Shown: positions 23,451-35,677 of the stretch, piece by piece
How the letters are laid out: every line of letters begins with the position of its first letter
Position numbering within the stretch: position 1 is the first letter of the stretch
NCBI GenBank assembly: GCA_963575745.1
Contig: CAUYUJ010000166.1
Span: 62,001 to 117,311 of the forward strand
Direction: 5' to 3'
From: Prorocentrum cordatum
Lineage: Eukaryota
Length of the DNA stretch: 55,311 nt
Made by a program: the position numbers and the translations under genes
The notes under the pieces: generated by a model
Told to the model about the DNA's origin: nothing
Seen by the model: the letters and a program-made list of their open reading frames with translations, nothing else
The model's database searches: none

Positions 23451-26400
23451 ATGTCTTCTGCCCCCGAGTCAGATGTGGAACTCCTGCAGCAAGCGGGTTC
23501 AGGGTCGTCCGATGAGGTTCTTCTGCCAGCCCAGTCCGCCAAGAGGCGGAGGAGGGGACCACAGGCCCCACGAGAGGATGGCAACCCATTTGTGGCAGCA
23601 ATCGTGGGCGACCCTTCCCTGCAAGTTCCGCAGAAGAACCACGGGCTCTTGTGCGAGTTCTTACAACGCAGTCGTGTTCGCGTCCCACAGGTTTCTGGTC
23701 AAGTCCTGCTAGGTGTTGCGGAGATGCGTTGGTCCTTGGCCCGAGCATCGTTGTCTTTCGAACCGCCCGAGTCTTGCATGCAATGGGGATGTTCCAGACG
23801 CCGTGGGGTAATACGAGGCCTCGCGGTTTACCGCGTCCAGTCGGCTGGGGCAATCGATCATCTGGACATCGATTTAGATTGTTTCGACAATATTTTGAGC
23901 GGGCTTCAAGGGATATGCCATGATTGCGTTGGTCTCCAGAGTTTTTTGGATTCGTCACTTGCCATCACTGAATACTGTGTTGTGCCTGTGGTTGTGGGAT
24001 TGGCGATTGTGAACACAGTCTCGCAAGTTGCTTTCTGGGTGCATCTTAGTGAACGCAATCCAGACAGCATGTTTCCTGTCAGTTCGCGCCAGGTGCCTCA
24101 ACCTAAACATGTGTCTGCTTTTTTTTCGTAAGGTTGCCGACGGTGGAGACGGCTTCGACGCCACCGACGTTGCTGCAAGGGGAGAAACCATCCATCCGAA
24201 CAGGCTGCATGTCGAAGACCCGTTGTTCTTGATTCGGTGTATGGACTTCGCGTCGTTGCTGCGGGGAGCCCACCACGTGACGGCGGCGGCAAACAAGTCT
24301 GTCGAGTTGCTGAGACACAAACGTGCAGTCGATGACGACTTCGATCCCGATTTAGACCTCCCTGGGAGAGCGAGTCTGCACAGACATCGGCCACGATTGG
24401 ACGCGGGGGGACATAACTACCAACAGTTGGAGGAGGCGGAGGTCGACCGTTCATGATTTGGAAACCTGGGTGGGAGGAGGAGTGGATGAGGACAGGAGGG
24501 GGGGGGGGGGGGCAGGAGACGTCCCGTGGCGTTCTGTCGCCACCGCCGTCCTGGGTTGTGGGTAAGAGACCCCGTAGGCAGTTGATGGGATATCGTTGAC
24601 AATCGCGTCGGCTTTCCCTCGCAGGCCTCCTGAGGCCACTTCTGGGTTTCGCGTTGGGCATGTTCGTGGACGCGTCTTGGTTCGCAGGGCTTTCCAGCGG
24701 GAATCTCGGGCGCTTCTTGGGGATGCTTGGGGCCTTCGTGCGCGCGGGGTCTTCGAGCGAGGCGCGCGCCGCCCTGCCCCTGCAGGACATCGCGTGCATG
24801 CTGCTCGCTCGACGTTATTTCCAGAACACTCGCGGAGGAGGGTGTGGCCGCCGAACCTTGCACTTGTATGCCGACGCGTCCCCGACGTCAGGCGTTGAAG
24901 TCTTCGCAGTTCTTACAGACATTTTCCATTGCGATGGCCCCCCTTGTGAGTACATGATGCCAGGGACTGTGCTTGGCCATGGGTTTACGACCTTATTAGA
25001 CAAAATCATGGCGTTGGCTTGGACTGTCTGGCTGGTTTGTGGCCCGAGCATCAGGTCCATGGAGGCGTTCTTTAATGACGTGAGGAGTTTCACTGCAGAT
25101 TTCGGCGTGGAGAGCGGCCTGGCAGACGTTGCAAACGTGCTTGACGATTTTGCGTGCAAGGTTGGCCAGCGGTGTTCGCCATCATGGCAAACGTTTGATT
25201 ACATGTTCCCACATTGCGTCTTCATCGTTGATTGGGATCATTTGTTTGACGCCATCTTGAGAAACACTCTGAAGGACGTTGAGGTTTGGCCCAAGATCTT
25301 GGGGCAGCTGCAGACTCTGTGCGCATTCTTCAACAACGATGACTACCTTTTGACTTGTAGGTTGGACGCTCGGCGACGCGGTCTGCGTGAGTGTGAGCGA
25401 GCCTTGTCCAATTGGAATGCGACGTTCGCCAAATGGCGGTATCGCACTGTCAGGGTGGTCATTGCGCAGGCTGTCAAAGTTTCAGAATATTGCCAGTCTT
25501 ATTTCGATATTCGGATAATGGGATCTATCAAGGATGCGTCGGCACTGCACGATGTCGGAACAATATGCAAGGATGCTTTTTTCTGGGAGTGGATTCGCTC
25601 ATTCGAACACATCGTTGTTTTCATTGATCGCATACGGGAGTGGGGCAGCGGCTGCGCTTGTCACGAGCAGGAGAGGATTGATCGCAAGAAAGTCGCATGC
25701 TTCAAAGCTGGCCGACGATTGCACGAAGCTCGTGGTTTTTTAGCGACGATGACGCAAATGATGTCAACGATGGGGAACACATTAGCAGTAGACACGGATT
25801 GCTACGGCAACGCAGAGGTTCATAGATGCATGGTTTTTGTTTGTAGACGGTGGTTGGGTGAATGTCATGAGAAAACGCGGTGGGCGTCGGAGTGTCCCTA
25901 CCTCTATGCTAACGCGTGCGAGCCAGAAGTCGCTGCCTTGATAGTTCAACAGATGACTGACTTCCCGCCGCACAAGCACCACCGGGTATCGAATTTCAAT
26001 TGGGCGATCTGGGAGGGGGCCATTCGCAAGATTGCCAGCGGGGACGTTTCTTCGATACCGAGCGCATTGATCGACGAGCAAGGTGTATGGCGGCGCATGC
26101 CACTGAACAGCAGGAAAGCAGAGGGGGTACACAGAAGCACAACATTAACTCAGAAAAGGAGCTCGGCGTCAGAAGTCCCATGGAAGTTGAGTTCAAACCG
26201 TTTGCAGGCGAACCTTGCCTTGGTGAACGAGTTTGTGAAACAGCCGCGGGGTTGCAACATCGTCGAGTACGAGTACAGACATTATTCGAGAATTCTGCAG
26301 ACTAAGGAACGCTACGAATGGCGCAGCAAAAAGATGAAGCACACAGACGTGCTCAAGACCGTGTACAGAATGCAAGAGTTTGCTAGGGAGGACTGGAGTT

Positions 26401-27816
26401 TTCTCGATGCCAAAGCCGCGTCAGAGGCTCCCGCCCGCGTTTCGGAACCGAGGGACTGCAATGCAACCCTTCAGGTGGAATACTTGAACGCCTTGATTGC
26501 ACCCAACTGTAATTTTTCGTGCCCTCTACAAGACGAGGGTGATACCATATATTTCAAGGTGCTTCGGTCTTCTACTTCAGCTTGGAAGGTCAACCGCACT
26601 GTGGGTGATCCGAAGCGGGCGGCGTTGCATTTGCTCTTGCAGCGGTTCGTGTTGAAAGTAGACAACGGGAGCGGCACGTTGGTTGTATTTCCAGACGGGC
26701 TTCCTGAGAACCTCGATGCTCTTAAGCTTACGTCCTGGCACGCATGGGAATGTCAGCTTACGACGTGGATGGAACGTAGTTCTGGCTCAGTTGGGTGCTT
26801 TGAATGGTTCGGGGCCCTCGCTGCCAAGCCGCGCTTTGCCCTGTTGGACGCCCAATGCCCGACGATATGTTTACTGCGGCACTTTGCTGATGACGGTTGG
26901 ACACCACAGTTGAAAGCGCTTGTGCACACGAAAGATAATGCAGGCGACAAGATTTATTCTTCGGTCGGATATCGCAACAACAAGCTTTACTATCAGTGTT
27001 TTTTTGCGCCTGGAAAGTTATCTCAGCAATGGGTTGGCGTCGCTGCATTCCGACCAGCCGCTGTCTTACTTCGCGTGCGTTCAGAGAGGCATGTCTGTTG
27101 AGCTGAATTTAGGCGACAAATCATACAAGCTACTATTGCAGGGAGGTGGCGGCCAGCCGCATGAAGCACTTGAAGACGCACCGCCGCAGTTAGCATTGCC
27201 TCCAGCCCCAGAGCCCCCACGGCGCGTAGAGCCTGCTATCGAGGACGCCAGCGAGGACGAGATGTTGGAGGGCGGCAATGGAGCCCCAGCTGATGCGGAT
27301 CTTGCCCCCGTTCTGCCAGAGCCCCCAGCTCACAGTGACCATGGGCCTCCTGATGGGGCCCCTGCGAGCTCGAGTACGCCAAGCAGCAGTACAACTTCAA
27401 GCTCGAGCTCCTCAGCCGCTACTTCGAGTAGCGGCGATGGCAGCGATCGTGATGACGATGCCGACGTGCTCGAACCCGAGCCTCCGCCCCCTCCACCCCC
27501 GCCGATGGAATACCCGCTGCTGCTGGAAGGGGAACGCCTGGTGTTCGAGAATGCAATGGCAGCGCACGGGCACAACAGGCTGCGCGTGCTGTGCCACACC
27601 CACCGAGGATCATGTGGCAAATCTCGCTGCACGGGCGTTCGGCAGACTCAGAACCTTGGTTTTTTCGAGCCTGTCGCATTTCTTGCCGTGTGGCTGATCA
27701 AAGGGAGAGACCCTGCCGTGCGCGCCAAGGCGGACCATCGCCAAGTGCGCGAGCCCACTCTCGAGGAAATGAGGCAGTGGTTGGAGGACAACCCTGGCGG
27801 TGTGCACCGCGCTTGA
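23451..27816 (+). CDS. Spliced DDE (RNase H-fold) transposase-like protein, ~1,180 aa, one homopolymer frameshift near 27000
   Basis: Exons 23451-23690, 24133-24399 and 24786-27816, with phase-0 introns (CAG|GTT...AAG|GTT; TTG|GAC...CAG|GAC). Motifs are LHLYADASP, FTADFGVE, DWDH (DxxH) and RKAEGVH, plus a C-terminal CxxH..C motif. One extra T in a T7 run joins YYQCF to LRLESYL. Confidence 0.7.
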
Positions 27817-28123
27817 GTTGCAACGTCTTTCAGTGTCGTTGCTGCGTGCGAGCCTCGCGGGCGCCCCGTGCTCCACAATTGTCGCTAGAACCGTCCCAGG
27901 GAGTCCCAGGTGTCCCCGTGGAAACCTTTTGCGCAGAAACCATCCATCATCATCTCACTGGCAATGGCGGGGGTAGAAGACGTCCAAACAAATGGGGCGG
28001 ACGGGGGCCCGCAAGAAGGGGGAGGGGTCGCCCGCGAACCGTGTCCTTCTGATGGGTCTAGGAACTGCATGGCAGGTCGAGTGGTCCCGCCCCAATTTGG
28101 ACGGCAACTGCCATCCGACTGCA

Positions 28124-28145
28124 TCCGTAGTCATATAGGCTCAAG
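28124..28145 (+). promoter_or_regulatory. Relict DinoSL
   Basis: TCCGTAGTCATATAGGCTCAAG matches 19/22 of TCCGTAGCCATTTTGGCTCAAG; 63 nt upstream of the ATG at 28209. Confidence 0.85.
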
Positions 28146-28208
28146 CTAATCTTCATTCAAGCTTCGGTTCCCAGCGGCTGCCCCGCGCAGATCCATTCGC
28201 GACTCGCC

Positions 28209-28481
28209 ATGGCGCCCGAGGCCCGCCCCAGCCGCGCCGCCCTCGAGGCGCACAATCGCAACCTCAAGGCCTCGGTCAGATTCCTGAAGGCCGAGCTCAC
28301 TCGGAAGAACATAGCCCTCAAGCGCATCAAGAAGGCGAAGGACTTGGCCAGTAAGGCCATGCGGCAGATCGAGGGCGTTCTCAATCACCACTTAGTTCCT
28401 CGAAACGCCCTTCGCAGGCCAGCTGCTCAGGATGCTGCCGCGGGCCATGTCGAGTCTGAGTCTGAGTCTGACTCGGGCTAG
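28209..28481 (+). CDS. 90-aa basic coiled-coil hypothetical protein
   Basis: ATG in GCCATGG context, G/C-ending codon bias, heptad-like pattern, SL relic upstream. Confidence 0.65.
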   Translation: MAPEARPSRAALEAHNRNLKASVRFLKAELTRKNIALKRIKKAKDLASKAMRQIEGVLNHHLVPRNALRRPAAQDAAAGHVESESESDSG

Positions 28482-29433
28482 CGGCCAGAGCTCGACAGTG
28501 AGCACGGGCATCGCACTAGCCTTCCTTTTCTTCATTTCTAGCCCCGTGAAGTCGGATAGGGTCGGCGCCTACCAAGGCAAGAGACACGCCGTCGGAGTTC
28601 ACCGACGCGTCTGCATCAAGTGGCAGACCTGCAACCCAAATTCATCGTGACCATCCACCGCCATAGTCATCATCACCAATTTGGCATGTGGCTATTCGCA
28701 TCGTCGCCATGCTTGTCACCATCACACCGTCGCCATCACCAATCGCACAACGAGTGGGAATCGTCATTGTCATGGCCACCGTCATGCTCATCATAACGTC
28801 TGTGTTGCATATCCTAAGCAGCTTGGCTGTCTGGCTCTGCAAACGAATTCCATTCTTCCACTTCCCCCCTGCCCCCAACGCTGTGCTTTCGCAACACTCC
28901 GACCCGCAGCTGCATAAATTCTCCTGGTCCGACTTTGCGGGGGGCCCCGTGCCCGTGGTTTCTACAGCCGAGCTCTCTGTTTGTTTCTTGGCACTGGGCT
29001 CGTCGCAGCTCTTTTGGACGTCGTGGGGTCAGGCGGCTCGGCGGCGTAGCCATCGCACAGTCCAAGACCCTTTGCAGAGACTTGAGAGACAGGGGTGGAG
29101 GGCGGGGACAGATGACGGGAGCTGCGGCCAAGACTGGTCGGCGCGGATGGATGGCAGGGGGAGGGGATGAAGAGTAGCAGTGGGCACCAGCGCAAGCAAC
29201 AGGATTGGCTGGTGGAGGGAGAGGTGGCGAGGAGATGGGCATTGTGCTCTTGCACGCGCGCGGCATCACGGCGCTGTCCACGCGTGCGCACAGAAGTCGC
29301 ACTTACATAGATGCATGATCTTGCTGACTACAGCCAGCGTGTTCGTGCTTACACCGCCATGAGAAATGCATACCGCAGCGCTGCGATAAGGAGATTTCTT
29401 TAAACCATAAGAAGGAAATGTCGACGGCGGGGC

Positions 29434-29635
29434 CGAAACCACCGACGAACCACAAAAAACCACCGACGCACCACCAAAAACCACCGACGAACCACAAAAA
29501 ACCACCGACGAACCACAAAAAAACACCGACGAATCACTCGGGAACCACCAAAAAACACATACGAACCATTCGGGAACCACCAAAAAACCACCGACGAACC
29601 ACCAAAAAACCACGACAGAACCACAGAAAACCATC
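29434..29635. repeat. ~22-bp tandem repeat AAACCACCGACGAACCACAAAA
   Basis: Several visible units; a similar GAACCAC..AAAACCAC motif occurs at 36269-36300. Confidence 0.85.
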
Positions 29636-31179
29636 GACACGGCTTTGAAAATCGATAACATCATGTTAAATTCAAGACCGTTGGTTGCTGGAGCAACGCT
29701 GTGCTATGACAAACGAGTCGGGACGAACGTTTCGTTCCGACGGGCCAGCGCAAGGAGGGAGCAGGAAGAGTAAGGGGAGGAGGAGGGTGGCTGGGATGAG
29801 GATCCCCCTCCTCCTCCTCCTCCTCCTCAGCCTTCCCTCGCCCTGCTCTTCTCCTCCTCCTCCTCCTCATGCTCCTCCTTCTCCTCTCCCTGCTCCTCCT
29901 CCTCCCTCCTCCTCCTCTTCCCGTGCTGCCCGATCAACCGAGGGTGGGGATATTACGCTCCGCTGTTAAGGTGGTGTATCGGCCCCTCGACCACCTGGGG
30001 ACAGGGCTGATGGATGCCGTTGGGGGCCCATTGGCACTGCCCCGAAGGTGGGAGAGGGGCCGATCCACCGCCACAACGGTGGCCCCCTCTTCCTCCTCCT
30101 CCTTCTCCCCCCTTTTTTTTCTGGCCCTAAGGGCTCTTAGGGCCAGAAAAAATGCAGACAGACTGCCTTGCGCTGCTCTCCTCCTTTTTTCTCCCTGGCG
30201 GTGCAGGGCAGCCCCTAAGTCCCCCACCACGGGGCGCTGCAGACTGCCTGAGGGATCCCCCCCAGCACAGCAGCCCCTTCCTGTAAAGGCCCTCAGGATA
30301 TGGTTTGAATAGCTTGACAACTTCACGCCTCGGAGGAGTCCCGTCCATAGTGGGCGCACTTCTCTTTTTTCCGTTGAGCTGACTGAACGCGGCCCCTCAG
30401 AGTTTGATTGATTGATTGATTGATTGGTATACTCTAAAGGTTTTAAGCATAGGTCGGTTTCGCGTGGCGTGGTTGAAATAGATACCCAAAGGAAAGCTGA
30501 GGCAGCAGATCGGGCCAAGGTCGTTCGTGTCCCGATGTTCGCCGATGTAGAGCGAGTTACAACTCGGGGCCCCCGTGGGGCCTGCGGTTCTTTCGCATTC
30601 GAGTGCACGGTAGGTCGCGCGTCCTCCGAGGCTTTGCTCTTAGGGTGATGTGTGTCGAATGCGTTCTCGACTTACGCCACGATGCCGATTCGCCGCCGTC
30701 GCCTCCCCCTTCTGCTCTCCTTCCACCTCCCCTCCTCCCCCTCTTCCTCTTCATCATCCTTCTTCACGCCGTTGCGGGGGAGTGCGGGGGGCGAGGAGGA
30801 GGAAGAGGAGGAGGAGGAGGAGGAGTTTTTTTTGGTTGGGGTCAATTCTCAGGAGGCCTAGCCACACAGTTTCGTCAATGAAGCTGCACGGGCCAGAGAG
30901 GGCCCAACGCGGCCAACAAACGGGCGAGCGGAGTCGGGGCCCGTGACCGACCGCCCGCCAAGGCGCTCCGACCCACAACGCAATCATTCATGAGAGGGGT
31001 CTTGGGTGATTCTGTAGGCGGTTGTCGTGTACCCCAGGGGGAGATATTTGGGGCTGGTCACCTGCGTAGGTTGATGCGCCCAAGTGCTTTCTGGTGCTAC
31101 GCTTCTCTTGGGAACTCAGTTCCGCGTTGGCGCGATGGCGTGCCATCTTGGTGTCTGGGGTAAATGCATTGCGTTGCCA

Positions 31180-31430
31180 CGCCCGATCCTAACCCTCCTG
31201 ACCGCGACTCGCGGGGCCCGATCGATGGCGTCGTTGGTCATTGTGTTCCCCAGCCTCCAGGGGTGGTTCATCTGGTGAACATCGTGGTTTGAGTCTCCGA
31301 AGACCAGCTCGTCGCTTGCCTGGTTCACTACGCTGGCGTCGTTGTATGAGTCATCGCCATCCTTGTGCCACGAGCACTTCAAGTGCTCACGCGTTTCTTT
31401 CGACGGCCAGCCTCTGAGCTTTCGCCCCAT
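31180..31430 (-). CDS. Possible first exon of a hypothetical gene divergent from the 31636 gene
   Basis: MGRKLRGWPSKETREHLKCSWHKDGDD... lies within ORF 31116..31817 and has non-repetitive, coding-like composition. The remaining exons are unresolved. Confidence 0.3.
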
Positions 31431-31556
31431 CTTCCTTGATGGGTCGGGCGCCCCAGCGACCCTGACCGTGGCAGGTGCGCAAGATGATGAATACCGTTTT
31501 CCCAGGGTAAGCACACTTGCATTCAAGTGGGTTTCGCTCGTCGGCACGAGCTTCCT

Positions 31557-31578
31557 TCCGTAGCAGTTTTGGCTCGAG
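31557..31578 (+). promoter_or_regulatory. Relict DinoSL
   Basis: TCCGTAGCAGTTTTGGCTCGAG matches 19/22 of DinoSL; 57 nt upstream of the ATG at 31636. Confidence 0.85.
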
Positions 31579-31635
31579 CGTTTGGGAGCGACTCGACGTG
31601 ATCGCCACCGTTTTGCGCTGTCGTCTTCGGGAACC

Positions 31636-34600
31636 ATGGGTGGTGGCCGCGACAGCTCTGATGAGGAGATCCTGGGTACCTTGTGCAAGAGGCTCGGCGT
31701 GTCCGCGGAGACCTCGGGCGCCCCTGAGGACGACGTCAGCGACGATGACGGCAGCGCGCTGACCTGCGACTTCTGCTTGGAGATCGCCGACCCCAGCGAC
31801 TTGTCCAAGCACCGCAAATACGGCTACAAGTGCTTGCACATGAAGTGTTTCAACGGCCTGCACGCGCTGGAGAGGATCGCTTCCAAGAACCCCAAGGTCA
31901 AAGCTGAGCTGCAATCGGTCCGCTATAAGGACGAGGGTCGGTTCAAGTCCATTGCGATGCCCTTGGTATTCGAGAAGAAGAGGGAGAGAGATCAGGGCTC
32001 GCGCATGCAGACGGCGGACATGCTGGACATCATATTGGTCAAATCCACCATCAAGCGGAAAGGGAAATCAGTCCTTATGGAGAAATGTGGGTACGTAGCC
32101 TGGCACATGCACACCTTCAGGATGACGGAGGAGCAGGCGTTGAAGGGTTGGTCGAGGGACAAAAATGACAGGAATGTGCACAAGGAGGTGGAGAACGGCA
32201 AGACAGTCATCGCCGTGCGCATGCCTACGGACCGATGGGGAGGGTCAACTTAGGGGCCGTGCGGCGATGAGACGGGCGGCGCAATTGAGAATCTCGAGGG
32301 GAGGAGTTCGCTTTCCCATCCCTCCTTGCCTGCCCCGCCCCCAATCATCTCCCCTGTTCGGCCGCGGGACGAGGTTTTTGGCGGTGGCCCGCGTGGTCTT
32401 TGTGGCGAGGTGGCGGGGGAGAGGGCGCGGGGGGTGGCAAGTGGGGGCATCAAGTAGGGGGGCGAACTCCAGAACAGGAAATCATCCACAGCGAGGGCAT
32501 CACGTCGCAGCGGACGCTGACGCCCGAGGACGCCGCGGACCAGATGAAGCGCAAGTTCGTTGACAAGGGCGATGCCATCTTCAAGGGCATCAGGGGCGTC
32601 AAGGCGTTGCGAGCTCGCGGGAGCTCGAGGGCGCAGGACTAGCGACCTTCTCACGGGCGTCTCTGAAGCTTGACGAGGGACTCCGAGGGTCCTGCGATTG
32701 TTACCGCGATCTTCTTTTTCAGGGGGTTTAGCCCATTGGGCGTTACAAAACAAGTGGTGGTCCGAGATGGAGGGGGGACAGATTTTTTTGACACTTAGGT
32801 TGTGCGTGCCGTTCGGGTGCAAGAGGGGATCCTGAATTTGATTTCCCCCCCTTCAAGTCCAGGATCCAGCGTCGGATGACACCGATGGCGAGGTCGCCGA
32901 CCCTGCTGACACCGTCACGAACGGTTTGGGCAGCTCCGACGGGGAGAACTTTGCACCGGCGCCAAGGAGGTCGCGGCGTTCATCGTCCGCTGCGGGTTCG
33001 TTGGTCGGTGCGACCCTGGCGCTGAAGGGCCGCGGCAGCCGTGGCCGCTCGAGGAGCCGCCAGCGGTCGCCTGCGCCGAGCGCAGGGGGGAGGTCTTCTT
33101 GTCGCAGCAGGGGCGGCTCCACGCCGAAGGCCTGCACGCTGCCTGGGGAGGCTTCCTCCAGGCGCAGCGACGATGAGGGCGACGAGGATGAGCCCCAGGG
33201 GGGCGGGAAGAAGGACGCCAAGGCCGATGGCAAACGCACTCGCCAAGCCCCGACCTGGCCCACGTTCGACAAGCGGATGCGCCCCGCGGAGTTTAATTCC
33301 ACGAAGAGGGACCTGCAGGCACGGCTGAAGGACGAGATCAAGCACATCAGGTACAGCAAGGCCTCGCACTATGTGAAGCCTGATAAGATATTCGCCTTGG
33401 TGAAGGACGATGGTGACGTGTCCACCTACGAGTACGAGGCCAAGCGGAAGGCGCTGATCGACGATGTTGATGCTCTCTCGCAGCAGGTCGAGACTGTCAA
33501 ATCGTGGAGGCAATCGCCAGACAGTAACGCGGCGAAGGGCAAGCTCGTGGACAAGCTCAACGACGTGATCAAGCTTTCCAAGAACATGGAGGAGCTCATC
33601 GCAGGCATGACGGAGGTGAGGAAGCAGCAGCAGGGAGATGAATCCAAGGTCAAGCGTAAGGAGACGTCCGCCATCAACAAGCACAAGGCGTCCTTCCTGC
33701 ACGAGGGGGTGTGCGAGGTGCTGGCCGCAGAGTTCGCCAAGTCCGCGCGCTCGATCGACTCGGACTGCCGCTCTTCTCACATCCAGTTGTTGTTCCCTGG
33801 CATTCTCCAGCCGCTCAGCCCTTCCGAGGCACTCGTGTCTCAGTTCTCCCCAACTCCAGTCCTCTCCTCACTCCAGTGACTCTCTCGCGCTTTTCCCCCC
33901 CACGCCGCCCCCCTCCCATCGCCGCACTCTGCAGAGGAGTGTGCCATGGTCAGCTGGCAGAAGGAGGCGATCCCCAAGGAGCGAGTTCCCTTCCTCTTCG
34001 ACTTGGCAGGCGATTGTCCGCTCGCAGGGCCGATTGGGAAAGTCGTGGGGTCCAACGCAGACAAGATCGCCGCAAAGGCCAAGAAGGTCCATGCGCTGAT
34101 GAAGAACGATGCTGCCATGATTGCCCTGGGCGGCCTGAGCGGAGCTGGCGAGCTCATTGTCGACGCCGACAAGCCGACTTTCGAGGGCGCCCCCTTGCAT
34201 GAACGAGATCTCGCAGAAGCCGTTTCTGGTTTTGGCGAAGCACTTCGGTTGGGGTTGGGACATGAACACTTGGCCTTTCGCTGGTTTGCCGAGCATCGTC
34301 GTGGCCGTGCAATCGGCGGCGCTCATCAAGACGGCGCCTGTCAACGACCTCTTAGGCTCGGGGCTCACGGCCCTCAGCGCGTTGCAGCAGTGGGCCAAAG
34401 CGAACAACAAGGGCGAGAGCGCGGAGTGCATGAAGGACGCGGTGACTGCAGTCGTGCCAGTGGGGTCTGCCGTATTTGCGCCGTTCGGTCACGTCCCGTT
34501 CGTGACAGGGGTTCCCAAGGACGACAAGAGCGAGGAGGTTGCGACGGCGATGCTCGTGTTCCCTCTGTTCCCGAGAGCCATTGACCGCTCCGAGGGGGAG

Positions 34601-34723
34601 AAGGACTGGCAGGTCGTCAGACAGTACATCGACCAGACCTTCGAGACGCACTCGGATGTCAAGACGTGGTCGGCGATCAAGGACCCCGTTAAACAGTGGA
34701 TCCAGAGCGTGAGCGTCGCTTGA
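31636..34723 (+). CDS. Multi-exon hypothetical protein (N-terminal Cys/His zinc-binding-like motif, central coiled coil); frameshift near 34190
   Basis: Coding-biased segments at ~31636-32229, ~32478-32635, ~32863-33760 and ~33934-34723, separated by GA-donor/AG-acceptor introns. Contains CDFC...CLHMKC. A C-run frameshift links ORF 33946 to ORF 34157. Confidence 0.65.
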
Positions 34724-35119
34724 GGTCCAGCTAGCTTAGCCGCGGTCTCAGCTGAGTGGGTTCTCGGTTATGATAGTCACGTTTCCATGGGACTCGGGGG
34801 TGCGACGTGCATCCGCCATCGAAACATTTGAAATTCGGCGTGGCCTTGTTCAAGTTTTCATGCCACTCAGCTGAGCAGGTGGACCAGTCGTCGGCTCTAT
34901 GCCCGACCAGGGCCAGGGTCGCCTTCCTCTACCCACCCCTCTGGAGCACTGCGCGCACGAGCACTGCATTGCGTGGGTCCGTGCACGCGTGGAAGTAAAC
35001 CTAATGGCACTTGATCGGCTGGATGCGGTGGCGAGGAGGAGGAGGGGGAGGAGGGATCGTTGATGTGAGTTGGAGGTGGTGGAGGGATGGGGAGAAGGAA
35101 GCCGCTGAGAGGTGATGCC

Positions 35120-35677
35120 TCAGGGGGTTGAGAGGGGGGGGGGACGGCCTCGAAAAAACTCAGGGTACATTAGGAAACTGACTGCGAACGCACATGCGGT
35201 GTTGGATGATTCCGAAACGCCCCCTCCCCAGTACGCGGTCAGCCTTGCGTCGTGGCGATTCTCCAGCCCATGGTATCCTCGTGCGCCTCCCAGGGATAGC
35301 CACTGGAACCCTTCTTTGCCAGGGGGGGGTAGCCACTTAGGAAATGGGGTCAATTCCTGCACGCGCAATGCCAGTTGCGGTGGTGATGGTTTGGGGGCGG
35401 CGGAGGCGACGCGCATCATAAATGACAACCTTTTTTTTGGAGTGGTCCAGGGGCCGATCTTCAAACGCTCCAGGCTAAGGCTTTTGAGATCGTCCCTGGC
35501 AAGAAGGGGGGGCCTTGGGGAGAGGGGCTTCTCTTCATCCTCGTTCTCTTTCTCTTCTCCCTCTGGGTCGTCAGCATCCTGGTGGCGCGGCGCAGATGGG
35601 GCTTCGCTGCGATCAGAGTCGGATCAGATGTCGAAAAAGCCGCCTCCTCCACGACGGTGCATGCTACTGCCTGCCAT
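35120..35677 (-). pseudogene. Hypothetical gene with one in-frame stop
   Basis: The ATG at 35677 is in frame with ORF 35120..35464, with one TGA near 35625 (FFDI*SDSD) and an acidic N-terminus. Confidence 0.35.
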
